A stretch of 63,680 nt of DNA, filler included, from Reticulomyxa filosa (taxonomy: Eukaryota > Protista > Foraminifera), in the NCBI GenBank assembly GCA_000512085.1. It is 27 parts of 27 records of this genome, joined end to end, with 100 filler letters (N's around TTAATTAATTAA, not from the genome) between each part and the next. Parts side by side here need not be neighbours in the genome. Positions count along the whole stretch, not along the records: positions 51,212 to 55,376 come from ASPP01003781.1; positions 55,477 to 56,492 come from ASPP01010264.1; positions 56,593 to 57,631 come from ASPP01009002.1; positions 57,732 to 59,348 come from ASPP01029504.1; positions 59,449 to 61,348 come from ASPP01045336.1; positions 61,449 to 63,680 come from ASPP01019013.1; 21 more parts are not named here. One strand, 5' to 3'. Below are positions 52,183 through 63,680 of this stretch, in pieces (the first letter of the stretch is position 1; each line of letters starts with the position of its first letter). Both the position numbers and the translations under genes were made by a program. The notes beneath the pieces are model-generated. The model was not told where the DNA came from, did not search any database, and worked only from the letters and a program-made list of their open reading frames with translations.

Positions 52183-53882
52183 ATGACCGAAGTGAACATG
52201 ACAACAAAAGATTTTGTGACAAATACAAAATCAAGAAAAAATCCTGATTCAACGGCAACAGAGCAGGTTGGTAGTGTTGTAAATGTCAGTGAATAAACGT
52301 CTTGTGCGGTACCCGTTTAGATCAGAAACGCATATCTTTGTGTTTGTTTGGGGAACATAGCACTCCTCTGTAATGAGTCCACGAAAAACAAATCCAATGC
52401 GTTTTAGTGGAAAGGATATCGATCGCAGCGCGTCAAAGCGAGCACAGCTGCGATTACGCATAAAGAATGCATTTCGAAAAGCGATCACCGGGGACTCAAA
52501 CCGTTCTCTGAGGTTACAAATTCGTTCAACATAGCAACGCAAAAAAAATGAACATGGATAGGAAAGGAGGGTGGGGGGGAGGAGGGGGGAGGAAAGAGAC
52601 AGTTATAAAAAGCAAGACTAAACGTTGATTCACAACACTATACAAAGGCGACATATTCAAGAAATCCCTCAAGTAAAACTAATCGATAAGTGGTGTTTCA
52701 CACTTTCCATAGTTCATCTATTGTTATCGGAAATGATTTTATTAACAAAGCCACAGTTATCAAAAAAAAAAAAAAAAAATGGGTGAACATCGTGGTCCCT
52801 AAAAAAAATTTAAAAAAATAGATATTTCAAATGGTATTACTTGGTAATGTTGTTTGCATTATTGACAGTGAGAGTGCTTCAGTATTATCCGAAAGGCTGG
52901 CATTACTTTATGTTTGACTTTTGTTATTATGTCAATGGATTGGCGTTAATCCACATGTTCATTTGCCCACAAAATACGGAAGTTATAGAATTGTCACATC
53001 TTTTTTTTTTTCTTTTAGTATGTTGCAATATTGATTGAAGTTTTTTTTTTTAAAAAAAAAAAAGGGGAGAGGAGGAGATTGAAAAAAAAAAAAAAACTTA
53101 ACATATGCGTCACACGGAAATAAAAATAAGCTATTTCAAATGATATTCGTGTTCGCGAATGGGCCAGTGTTATTAGCCATTGTGGTATGGCGTAACTCAA
53201 TGGTGTTTCATTCGGTGGACAAAATGACCTCGTTGTTTATCCATTGCTTCCCTCCGCTGTACACCTTTTCGCACGAGTGGCTCGATCCAACCACCTCCCG
53301 TTCACAGCTGAGAGACTCCTCTTCGTTGACTTGGGGGGTGCGTGATGATCTGTCATTCCGTGGATGGATTGTGTGGCCGACAATATTCTATTGGATTTGG
53401 CAGTGTTTGTACTTGTGGAAGACGGAATACATGGACAAAGAGTATCTCAGCACACACTCGAACATCACCACGTCAATGCGTTGGTTTGTCAATGATCACA
53501 ATAACTTTTTGAATAAATTCGCCACCAAACTTTGTCGCAAATTGCATCTCCTCTCACCCATCGAAAAATTTGATGCGTCTAATCTCAAAACCAAAATCAT
53601 TTTTGTCCTTTTCAACTTTATTTATTTTTTGGTATGGGTCCTCCCCTCCTCTTTTTTTCATTTTTTGTTCAAATAGTAATGTGGGAAATGTGTCAACTTT
53701 TACAACAATAATACTAAAAGGTTACAATTTTGCCCACCAGATGGATGTTTCGATCGTGTGTCTTAAATTTAATTTGCATATCAGTAGCCTTTGTCATGTC
53801 TATGTACAATGGAGCCAATTATTATATCGAAGTGTTTAGTGAAAAGTACAATGCCGAACTGAAGGGAAAATCTACCCTTTAA
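52183..53882 (+). CDS. GPC1: Glycerophosphocholine acyltransferase (GPC1/DUF2838 family), multi-exon
   Basis: KGWHYFMFDFCYYVN, ANGPVLLAIVVWRNSMVFHSVDKMTSLFIH, YWIWQCLY, TSMRW, YNGANYYIEVFS. Confidence 0.85.
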
Positions 53883-54673
53883 ATCTTTAAACAACTATCC
53901 TTTCATTCTTAAAGTCATTTTTTTCCCCCTCCCCCCACAAGTGTTTTTGTTTTATCTTTATGGAACTCTTTTCACAGTAAACCTCAAACTATCAGTATCA
54001 CTTTTTTTATTGGGGACTGTGATAACACCTTTTTTTTGTTTCGTTTTATCTTCTAAATTGTCTTCGACCTTCTTTTGTGATTTGGACCTCTTCCTTGCTG
54101 TCGTTTCCGTATTGTTGACAAATGCTGCTTGACAATTGCTCATATATTTTTTTTAAACCGAAATGATTGACATTCAAAATCAACGCAATACTAAGACCAA
54201 AATAGGCCTACTGGGCTAAGCCTATCGAGGTCTTAGTGACTAATTATTAACAGCTTTAGGAGTAGAGATTTATCAAAGCAGTTCAAAATAAAAAGACTCA
54301 AATTGAGCCATTTAGAACATTCTTATAGAAGAACGAATCGTTTTGAAAATTCAGGAGATGTGCTATTTTCCTATTGAATGGATCAGGTTCAAAAAATTTA
54401 GTCGTATGATTCATTGAAAGAAATTTCGATTAGTTTGATTTTGCATTAGAAATAAGTACGATCCAATTCATAAAATCAGTTGATAATATATCATATACAG
54501 AAGATTATCCTGTCTTCTATCATTAGATTGGTCATGTCCTACTCGAAGAGATGCCAAACAAAAATTGTAAGTGAAGCAAAAGGGACGTTTGCCAGGATCA
54601 TTCCAAAAAAGTTTGAACAGAATTATATATATATATAATTATTGTCACAACTTTGCAATCTCTCAAATACTAA

Positions 54674-55376
54674 ATGTCTCGGAAAAGAGCTCGTGCAAGT
54701 GATGATGACTATGAACCAGACGATGATGAAGATTGGGTACCTGGAGGACGTCGTTCAACAGTTCCGAAGCCTCGTCCAGCGAAGGGCAGTAACAACGTGG
54801 TGTGTAGAAACTGCAGGTTGTGACCAATTGTGAAACAAGAGAAGGGGGGGGGGGGAAAAAAAATGTGTTGTTCGATGTGTTGTGAGACAGGGCTTAGGTG
54901 GACATACGCCTCGGTTACGAATGATCCACGAGCATTCGAATTCGCAGACGCCATCGGGGACACCCCGTCAATCTCCACTTTCCACGTCGGCGTCATCGGG
55001 GATGATGGGCACAGAAGGTTCCGGACAATCCGGAGGAGTTTTAAGTAATAGTCACCCGCATGGTGCGAGCATGACGCCATTTCGCAACATGTCGACGCAC
55101 CCTAGTCCAGCAATGCGCGCACATCCACCTTCCTCGGCGCCCTTATCGCTGGCATCGCACCACGCCAATTCCAACACAGCGACACAATCAGGAGGAGGAG
55201 GAGGAGGAGGAGGAGGTATTGGTGCAGGGGTAGGTTTAAAGACAAACCCAGTGACAAAAAAGGGTAACGTGATGACATTGAATAAGCCTAAGTCGTTACA
55301 AATGATAGAAGGGTCAGGAACGACAAGTGATGGTAATGGAATGAATAACTTAGTAACAGCATCGACGACGACGACG
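54674..55376 (+). CDS. Hypothetical Ser/Gly-rich protein N-terminus, spliced, partial
   Basis: ATG at 54674, intron-like stretch at ~54817-54890, then an open frame to the contig end. Confidence 0.35.
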
Positions 55377-55476
55377 NNNNNNNNNNNNNNNNNNNNNNNN
55401 NNNNNNNNNNNNNNNNNNNNTTAATTAATTAANNNNNNNNNNNNNNNNNNNNNNNNNNNNNNNNNNNNNNNNNNNN

Positions 55477-55559
55477 CCGCACTGATGCAGCTGGTCAACG
55501 AACGCCGCCTGCCGGCGCCACTGCTGGGGCCACTGGAGCGCGACAAGACAGACCACTGA
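55477..55559 (+). CDS. 3' end of an unidentified bacterial gene convergent with adk
   Basis: GC-rich frame ALMQLVNERRLPAPLLGPLERDKTDH*, ending just before a terminator. Confidence 0.5.
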
Positions 55560-55574
55560 GCCCGTATCGGCCAC

Positions 55575-55605
55575 AAAAAAGCCTGCCAGTGTGGCAGGCT
55601 TTTTT
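55575..55605. terminator. Bidirectional intrinsic terminator 1
   Basis: AAAAAA-GCCTGCCA-GTG-TGGCAGGC-TTTTTT. Confidence 0.88.
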
Positions 55606-55624
55606 ATTTAGCAGGCAGGCAGCT

Positions 55625-55663
55625 GCAAACGAAAAAAGCGGGGTTGCCCCCGCTTTTGTTTGC
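55625..55663. terminator. Intrinsic terminator 2, downstream of adk
   Basis: AAAAAAGCGGGG-TTGC-CCCCGCTTTT hairpin with A/T tails. Confidence 0.8.
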
Positions 55664-55676
55664 CGTTTGGCTACGC

Positions 55677-56336
<660 letters not shown>

Positions 56337-56345
56337 TTACTCCCA

Positions 56346-56492
56346 TCATTCACTTGTTGTGTTATCGGAAAGCTTGGCCGCCACGATGGCGCGCACACGG
56401 GCCAGGTCTTCCGGTGTGTCCACACCGGCCGGCGGCGCGTCTGCCACGCATTCGACAGCAATATCGAAACCGTGCCACAGCATGCGCAGCTG
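56346..56492 (-). CDS. kdsB: CMP-KDO synthetase (3-deoxy-manno-octulosonate cytidylyltransferase), C-terminus
   Basis: [11 protein letters not shown]...[12 protein letters not shown]; kdsB-adk adjacency is common in Betaproteobacteria. Confidence 0.88.
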   Translation of the reverse strand, partial: QLRMLWHGFDIAVECVADAPPAGVDTPEDLARVRAIVAAKLSDNTTSE

Positions 56493-56592
56493 NNNNNNNN
56501 NNNNNNNNNNNNNNNNNNNNNNNNNNNNNNNNNNNNTTAATTAATTAANNNNNNNNNNNNNNNNNNNNNNNNNNNNNNNNNNNNNNNNNNNN

Positions 56593-57631
56593 TAAATTAA
56601 TCATCATAAATGCAAAACGCGCAGCAGTATTGAGCTCTCTTTGATTAACAACACCTGTCCCCGGAAAACGTGATTGAATGTTTTGAAGAGCTTGGGGGAC
56701 AGAAGAAGCACCAGGAGCAAGAACAGGGCTTGGGCTTTGACTCAAAGGGGAATAATGGGGAGAATGTAAGAATTGAACAATAGAAGGATCAGTTGGAAGT
56801 GTTGAAGGTGGAGGGGGAACATGAGATGCATTGGGTGCAGGGGGTATTTCGCCCTCTGTGGAAGAAGGAGGGGTGGAAGAAACACGAACAGTGGGAGGAC
56901 GAGGATTACAGTGGGTGACAACATCCAACGTCCTAAAGAATCTGTGTCTTCGTTATTGTTGTCGTTGTTGTTATTTGTCGAGTCTTGTTGTAAACGAATA
57001 GCATAGCCAAACGACCTAAACCATCAAATTCGTCCTCCAAACTCTCTATCTGAGAACGAAGATCATTGACCTGTTGACGAATCTACACCCGTCGATATGT
57101 TATTCCCCCTAGCTTCCTTGTCTCATTTGAACATAAATCACAATAACAAGGCAAGTAACTACGACAATTGGGGCAGGTTTGGGGTTGATTGGTAATCAAA
57201 CAACGATGACACCAACCCGAAGCACAAGTGGTGCAAATGGTATGTTTGCAAAAACCAGGGTTTTGATGGTCCAACGACACATGCTTCCGACAAACACAAC
57301 AGAAAAAGAAGCATTCAGTTATGTTGTCTTATGTCTCACGGAATTCGACCTTCTTCTACTCTTTTTCATCTTTCTTTTCATCCTCTTTCTTTTTATCTAT
57401 CTTTTCGTCTTTATCTTATTTTCCTTCGCATTATCTGACGAGGACTGCTGGAGGAGCAACGGGGTCAAGAGCAATGGGTCAGGAGCAACGTGGTCAGTTG
57501 CAATGGGGGAAGGAAACTCTGTCAACGTTGAAAGGTCAATTGCCATGGTGGATAGTGGGTGAGTGGAAGAAGCAACCATGTGATGTGAAGCACTTACCTT
57601 CTTACTATGTCACGTTGTTCCTCTAACGGTG
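56593..57631 (-). pseudogene. Degenerate RING-finger (C3HC4) gene with coiled-coil and Pro-rich tail
   Basis: CCVC-x11-CKH-x2-CTTC...CPNC at ~57150-57305; in-frame stops and a frameshift on either side. Confidence 0.55.
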
Positions 57632-57731
57632 NNNNNNNNNNNNNNNNNNNNNNNNNNNNNNNNNNNNNNNNNNNNTTAATTAATTAANNNNNNNNNNNNN
57701 NNNNNNNNNNNNNNNNNNNNNNNNNNNNNNN

Positions 57732-58920
57732 ATTGTCGGATTTTTTGTGCAGTGTTCATTGCATAAAGCACAAATTGATTGACTTCCATTTGAACTGCCC
57801 CTACTGTTTTCGCTGAAGGAGAATCATCCGCGGAGACTTGTTCGCCATCAACGTATGTATATACAAGTCTTTCCAATGCTTTGGGTGCCACTGTCTTGAT
57901 ATTGCCACGCTCGTCCAGCAATTCCATTGTGGTGAACTATGGAAGTTCGTCCATATTTGAGAACGCGCAAAACCGCCACCCGTGTTCATAACGAGCAATT
58001 TCATAATTAAACGTAGCAAAACCTACAACTTTTTTTTTAAAAAAAATAAAAACAAATCCAACGCGGTACAGCCTCCGGACTCTTAAAATATCCTTTATTT
58101 GCTTCTTCTTCTCCTTTTTTGCCAGTGATCTTGGCTTCGTTTCGTATTATTCCTGGCCATTCCCACATATCGAAAGATCACCACAAGTCTTGGTTTTCAT
58201 TTATCTTGGCAGCTTGATTTTGTGATCATGAGGCGCCAAGATCCAGTTTGTCTTGGACAAACTTTATCAAATTAATCCAATTATTTCAACTCTATCCCCA
58301 AAGCCAATTCACACTGGCCGCCCTTGTGAATAGAGCACTTCCAATAACGAAATGTCCAACGTTTGGACTGGCGATCAGAGTGAGTAGACAGCTTGTTGGA
58401 TGCGACGCGATGCTTGTATCCACCGCATTACCCGACACTTCAAGAACAACGAAATGCATGTCGCCGATGAGACAATCAGCAAAGGTAATCAGACCGACTC
58501 TTGCAATCTCCACAACAATAATATTTTCTTGTTCTTGTTCGTCGGCGGTCGGAGGTCGTCTTGCTGTTCCGATTCCAATCTCGATATTTTATTAGCTCTT
58601 TCTTTCGGCGCCGTTAGAATTGCCACTTTTTCCACTTTTTGAGCCCATAGAGGATGTCTTCGTCTTGGATGTGCCTGTTGTTGTTGTTGAACGTTCGATA
58701 TCACATTCAAAAATAGAGACATTGTCAACAAACATTTACTTACGATCAGTACCATTGCATATGAAGTCAACACGCAAAATCGCCATTTGCTAGTCTTTAC
58801 GCATACAAAGCCTAGAATTATTTTTTTTTAAAAAAACAAAAACCAACGAATTATCCCCGACTATTTTGATCCACTTTCTTCGAGCATTCATCTTCATTTT
58901 TGCCAGCATCTTGGCTTGAG
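57732..58920 (-). CDS. Hypothetical multi-exon protein fragment
   Basis: Several minus-strand ORF pieces separated by poly-T intron-like stretches; no confident domain. Confidence 0.3.
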
Positions 58921-59448
58921 TTTCTCACATTACTCCAACAAATTGAGCCAAACTCATACGATAGTTCTTCAACTAACACCAAATAAATTTCACTTGTCAC
59001 ATTTGCCACTTCGATTAAACTTTCTTGGTCGTTGCAGCAATAAAAATAGCGCTTATTCTAGCGCTTTTGCTGGTATTTTCCAGTCTTTTTCCCAATACTT
59101 TTCCCCCCTTTTTTATCTTTTTTCAAATTATTTTCTTTTTTTTACAATCGTTATCTTTTTTTTCTTTTTTTAATTTTCTATAATATAATTTTTTTCAAAT
59201 TTTTCTTAAACAAAATTTTCACAATCTTAATTGATATTTTCCCCATTTTTTATTTATTTTTTTCCATTTTCTATAAATTTTCCCTTTATTTTCCCCTATT
59301 TTCCATTTCATTTTCCCTTTATTTTTCCCCAATTTCCCCAATTTCCCCNNNNNNNNNNNNNNNNNNNNNNNNNNNNNNNNNNNNNNNNNNNNTTAATTAA
59401 TTAANNNNNNNNNNNNNNNNNNNNNNNNNNNNNNNNNNNNNNNNNNNN

Positions 59449-61300
59449 GTGCGGATCACTTGTATGTAAGCGCGTCGCAGATGAGATATCACTATTTCGC
59501 GCAGAGACAAATCAACGAATACATGAGTGCAATGACAGCGGTGATGTATTCGCTATTTAACAATGCCAATGGATTTGAACAAGTGTTCAACATGTCTGAG
59601 CTGCCGACGCAAGCGTCGTTTGATGCAGATACGAGTTGGTATGTGAATTGGATGAATGAAATGATATTTTGGTATGAACATGCGGAGATGAAGAGGATCG
59701 ACGACATTGCCAATTACATTGAAGCATTGGCGAATATGGCACGGTTATATTTTTTACAATGTGAACACAGACAGCTCGACGTTGGATGTGGACCAAGGTG
59801 CAAATGATTATTGATGCATTGACCAAAATGCATTGCAATTGTATTCGTTACAATTTAGCAAGTATAAAAATGCAAGAATCGATCATGTGCAAGGCATTAT
59901 AGACACCGTGTCCATCTTGTTGCAACAATATGTGAATGTCCAGAAGGTGGACTCCAAAAACTCGCAGTACGTTCACTTGATCAGCACCGTCTACTCCTTA
60001 TTGCAAAGTTGCGTGTGCAGTTTGATTTCCTTGTCAGTAATGCCAATTGGCCTTGTTCAAGGCAAAGTGGCCAAAGCGAGTGGGGATTATTTGTCGACCA
60101 TGTCACTCATATACAGACGACGACGACAACAACAACAGCAATAACATCTTATAGCTGAATGTGGGTTTCTCATGGCCACAATCCTGGATCTTTGCTGAAG
60201 ACACGTCTGTCAGTGGCACTAATGTAAGTGCTATTGGCATAGAGCAAGTCTCTTGTGTCATTTTTAATATGTCAGGTCACGCAATTGATCCAGCCATTAC
60301 GTCGATCATTTTGTCATTGGAATTGTTTCAAACTACGGTTTGTTGTTTTTTTAAATTAAAAAAAAAAAAGTGTTGCATAACATATACACACATATATACG
60401 TATATATATATTTCAGAGTGAAAGATATTCGTCCACAATTCCAATCGCCACGACTGATGGCTGTGACGCATTTGCGATGAATCTGACCACGATATTAAAC
60501 ATTGGAGTAGTCGTACACCGTTCTCAAATGTGTGGATTATTACTTTGACAATTCTTTCCAATAGAGCAGTGTGGTCATTTACAATGAAAGTCGTGTCAAG
60601 TACGCGTGCACTCAATTCAATCTGTTTGCTGTCGAAGTGAACCAGTTCAAAACCACCGCCCGAGTCCATCAGCTTCCGATACAACTTGCTACATATCGAC
60701 CCAATTCCATTGATCGTGTCGCTATCACACTTGCTGGCTCACTCATTGTCGGATGGTTTTTCTTTCAATTCGTATGCAATCAGGATTCACTTCCAATATT
60801 AGCGTATGCTGCAATATTTTTTCGTTTTGTTTTTTTTCCAATGCATATACGAGTTCAAATAAACAATGTGTTTGTACGTATATACATATGCAGATACATT
60901 TGTATGTATATTATTAAAGAATACCAAAATAGCGAAACACGAGATGGCATGTTCAAACACACGACTCTGTATCAATCGCTGTGGATGGTGATCATTGCCA
61001 GTTTTGTGGCCTGCGTCCCAGTATTTTGGGTGATGGGCTATTTCTTATTTAAACTGTGTTCCAGAAAGACAGGCCACGCAATGGGAGGAAGCGTCGACGA
61101 TTTTGTCTCTGGCTCGCCTGCTCTGGGATACTTCTCGGTCCTTGAGACATGAGTTCTTCTTGGACCACTTGAATAATGAACTAGTTGAACCTAATGAAAG
61201 CAGCTATCTCATTACCACACCAAGTGCCCGAAGAACAGCACAGGAGGATGACTACAGTGTTACCAAATATCTCCTCTTTCTCTCTCCAAATCAAACATAA
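59449..61300 (+). CDS. Membrane protein fragment with a degenerate GAIN/GPS-like motif (PKD1/adhesion-GPCR-like); has stops or frameshifts
   Basis: Helical region, then CVDYYF...YACTQFNLFAV (like C.HLT.FAV) just before hydrophobic helices. Confidence 0.35.
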
Positions 61301-61974
61301 CAACCACAACAAATTCAACAACCATCTGCTGTTTCGTTTGTATATACGNNNNNNNNNNNNNNNNNNNNNNNNNNNNNNNNNNNNNNNNNNNNTTAATTAA
61401 TTAANNNNNNNNNNNNNNNNNNNNNNNNNNNNNNNNNNNNNNNNNNNNATCACGTAAGCTATAATGAACTGCAATAAAAGAATATAATTTTTTTCAAAAA
61501 CTAAGAAAGATACAAGCCTAATTTTTTTTGAAAGATATCTGCGTGACTTTGGAAATCTGTCGGATATTTGATCGTGATACAATCATTGCTATCAGTATAA
61601 AGCTTTTAGTCATATGGTATTTTTAATTGTGCCAATAAATTGTGTAGTCTTTGTAACCAAGACTGTGTTCAACATTGTATTCAGCATTTTGAAGTTATTG
61701 TTATAATTGATTAGTCAACCCTTAACAATGTTATCAATGTGTAACTTTACAAGTAGTTACAGAATATTAAATACATAAAAAATCTATGAAAAAAGTTATA
61801 TATTATCGAATGAATTTCGAAATTTGAAGTTGTTGAAAGCAAGAACCTGTTTTTGTATTATGTTTTTAACTAATTGTCACTGAATGACAAAGCAGTAAGT
61901 GGTTAAACATATTTACATTCTCCAAATGCAAAAGCTTAAAAAAAAAATAGTTAGTTGTTTTATTTCATTTAATA

Positions 61975-63525
61975 TTAGTCTTCGCTTTCAAAAACTGAAT
62001 CAGGTATTTCACAGCTGTTGCTTTTTTCTGGTTCGTTCTCACTAATATCCCTTATATCATCATCTATTTTAATGTATCTTATTCTTCTTTTTATTGAAGG
62101 GTCATTTGTGAAAATCCTGTTATTACTTGTAAACACTCTCGGTAACCCTTTTTTTATTTCGACATGACCATGTTTTACGTTGACTGCTGTAGTTTCCTCA
62201 ACGTCTACTATATGGATTTGCTCTTCTCTTTTCCAATACGAAAAGTTCATATCATCAAACACAATACCATCATATGAATTATCCAATTTTTTTAACTGGT
62301 CAATATGACGTACTAATAGTGGATTTTTAAAAAGCGATAGTGCAAATTGTGTTTTTCCAGTATTAGTCTTTCCATGTAGCCATAACACATGTTTTGAGCG
62401 GTTCCAATTTAATACATTATTTACATTTTTAAATTTATAATTTTTAATTATTTCATCATTACTTTTTGCTAATCTTTTTATACTTTGTTCGATGCGTAAA
62501 CTATCTCTTATGTAATCCCTAGCCAAGTTTGCATCATTTATAATTATATTAATTGCACTGTTTACATCACCTTCTATCGCTAATTTTACTGCAGCTACTG
62601 CTGGTGCCGTTATAGCAAAATTATATATGTTTGTTATGTAATTTTTTTCCTTGGTGCAGTATTTTTTGACTGCTGTTAAGCTACGACAACCTTGATAATT
62701 TCCATGAAATCCATCCAAGTCTAGTCGATGTGCTGAACGTATATCCACTTTCTTTTTGCAATTAATATAGCAATGAAGATGTCTTCCTTTTTGTATATGA
62801 TTTTCCACAGCAATCAAATATTCATTGATTTGAAGTTTTGTTTCCAATATTGCAAGCGCTTCTTCCGGTTGTAACGTACACTGTGGGTATGTTAGAAACA
62901 AATTTTTTGCTTGTAGGCGAAAATTTTGGTTTTCGACTTCTTGTTCAATTTGTTCGTCAATTTGTTCTTCGCCACTTTTATCAATGTCACTGTGTTCATT
63001 GTTACTTGGTACATCTTCTTGTTGCATCACACTTAAACTTCGTTTTTCTTTTTTTTTATTTTTCAAGCTTGCGTCATGTAAATCACTTGTTGCAATAATT
63101 ATTTTATTTATTGATGAATCAGTTTTTTTTTCAAATTCGTCAAAATCACTATTTTCCAAAATTTTGGATTTTAATCGCAAAGATCGTTTCTTTTTTTGTT
63201 TGTGATCACTTTTTTGATCATCACCTTGTTTGTCATTTTGGTTGTCATTTTGTGTGGCACCTTGTTCGTCGCTTTTTGCGTCACTTAGTAAGTCACTTTG
63301 TGAGTTACATTGTTCGTCGCTTTGTGAGTCACTTAGTACGTTGTCTTCCTTGTCGCTTAGTACGTCATTTTCTACCTCACTTTGTACGTCACTTCGTACG
63401 TCACTTTGTAAATCACTTTCCACGATATTTTGTCTGTCACTTTGTACACCATTTTGTACAAACCTTTGTTTGTCACTTTGTACTTTACATTGTGCAGGAC
63501 ATTGTTTGTAATCACGTAATTCCAT
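61975..63525 (-). CDS. rep: CRESS-DNA (geminivirus/genomovirus-like) replication initiator Rep, HUH endonuclease + SF3 helicase, with a ~200-aa N-terminal repeat extension
   Basis: FRLQAKNLFLTYPQC (motif I), HLHCYI (II), GRS-like RLDLDGFHGNYQGCRS, KKYCTKE (III), GKTNTGKT (Walker A), IVFDD (Walker B), VKHG (B'), VFTSN (C), IKRR (Arg finger); intronless, uninterrupted; first ATG at 63525. Confidence 0.93.
   Translation of the reverse strand: MELRDYKQCPAQCKVQSDKQRFVQNGVQSDRQNIVESDLQSDVRSDVQSEVENDVLSDKEDNVLSDSQSDEQCNSQSDLLSDAKSDEQGATQNDNQNDKQGDDQKSDHKQKKKRSLRLKSKILENSDFDEFEKKTDSSINKIIIATSDLHDASLKNKKKEKRSLSVMQQEDVPSNNEHSDIDKSGEEQIDEQIEQEVENQNFRLQAKNLFLTYPQCTLQPEEALAILETKLQINEYLIAVENHIQKGRHLHCYINCKKKVDIRSAHRLDLDGFHGNYQGCRSLTAVKKYCTKEKNYITNIYNFAITAPAVAAVKLAIEGDVNSAINIIINDANLARDYIRDSLRIEQSIKRLAKSNDEIIKNYKFKNVNNVLNWNRSKHVLWLHGKTNTGKTQFALSLFKNPLLVRHIDQLKKLDNSYDGIVFDDMNFSYWKREEQIHIVDVEETTAVNVKHGHVEIKKGLPRVFTSNNRIFTNDPSIKRRIRYIKIDDDIRDISENEPEKSNSCEIPDSVFESED
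63210..63490 (-). repeat. Degenerate 12-bp coding tandem repeat (x-Q-S-D tetrapeptide) in the Rep N-terminal arm
   Basis: GTCACTTTG/GTCGCTTTG recurring with 12-nt period; protein VQSD..LQSD VRSD VQSE VEND VLSD... Confidence 0.85.
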
Positions 63526-63636
63526 TTTCAAAAGTGTCACTAAGAGTTTAGCAAATCACAAAAAAAAGTAACAAAAAATTTGTTTTTCATTATACAAATA
63601 CATACACGATGGTAATGACAATGGCGATGTATAAAA

Positions 63637-63680
63637 GATATTGAGATGACAAGATGATATTGAGATGACAAGATGATATT
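63637..63680. repeat. 19-bp perfect direct repeat (2 copies plus a partial third), cut by the window end
   Basis: GATATTGAGATGACAAGAT at 63637-63655 and 63656-63674, then GATATT. Confidence 0.9.

Noticed and set aside
61740-61761. Small hairpin TGTAACT-TTACAAGT-AGTTACA downstream of Rep as an origin
   Set aside because: Weak AT-rich 7-bp stem, and the loop does not match a known nick-site motif.
61970-61978. TAATATTAG as a geminivirus-type nonanucleotide origin
   Set aside because: It mismatches TAATATTAC at the last base, overlaps the Rep stop codon and has no flanking stem. It is expected by chance in AT-rich DNA.

Overview
This window is not one locus. It is 27 short, unrelated contigs joined by 26 artificial 100-bp linkers (44 N + TTAATTAATTAA + 44 N), so nothing can be inferred about synteny across a linker. 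Most contigs come from an AT-rich, intron-containing protist. The expanded WD40, Kelch and caspase-like families and the many pseudogenes resemble the foraminiferan Reticulomyxa filosa; that identity is my inference, not a database match. Eukaryotic genes include a PI3-kinase, a class C GPCR, DHX16/Prp2, CEP120, a trypsin with a possible GPI anchor, a large P-loop GTPase, myosin, a 4-domain-type cation channel, GH31/GH47 glycosidases and GPC1. Three GC-rich contigs are bacterial: copA/csoR/TRAP, mfd, and kdsB-adk. The standout is the last contig. It carries an intact geminivirus/genomovirus-type (CRESS-DNA) HUH + SF3-helicase Rep fused to a ~200-aa acidic tetrapeptide-repeat arm, with no capsid gene and with 19-bp direct repeats upstream. 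Other highlights: a 34-codon phase-0 exon module shared by the WD40 and Kelch families, a dispersed ~100-bp non-coding repeat beside those families, a palindromic MITE-like element, and a 37-bp fully overlapping bidirectional, apparently leaderless copA/csoR promoter.
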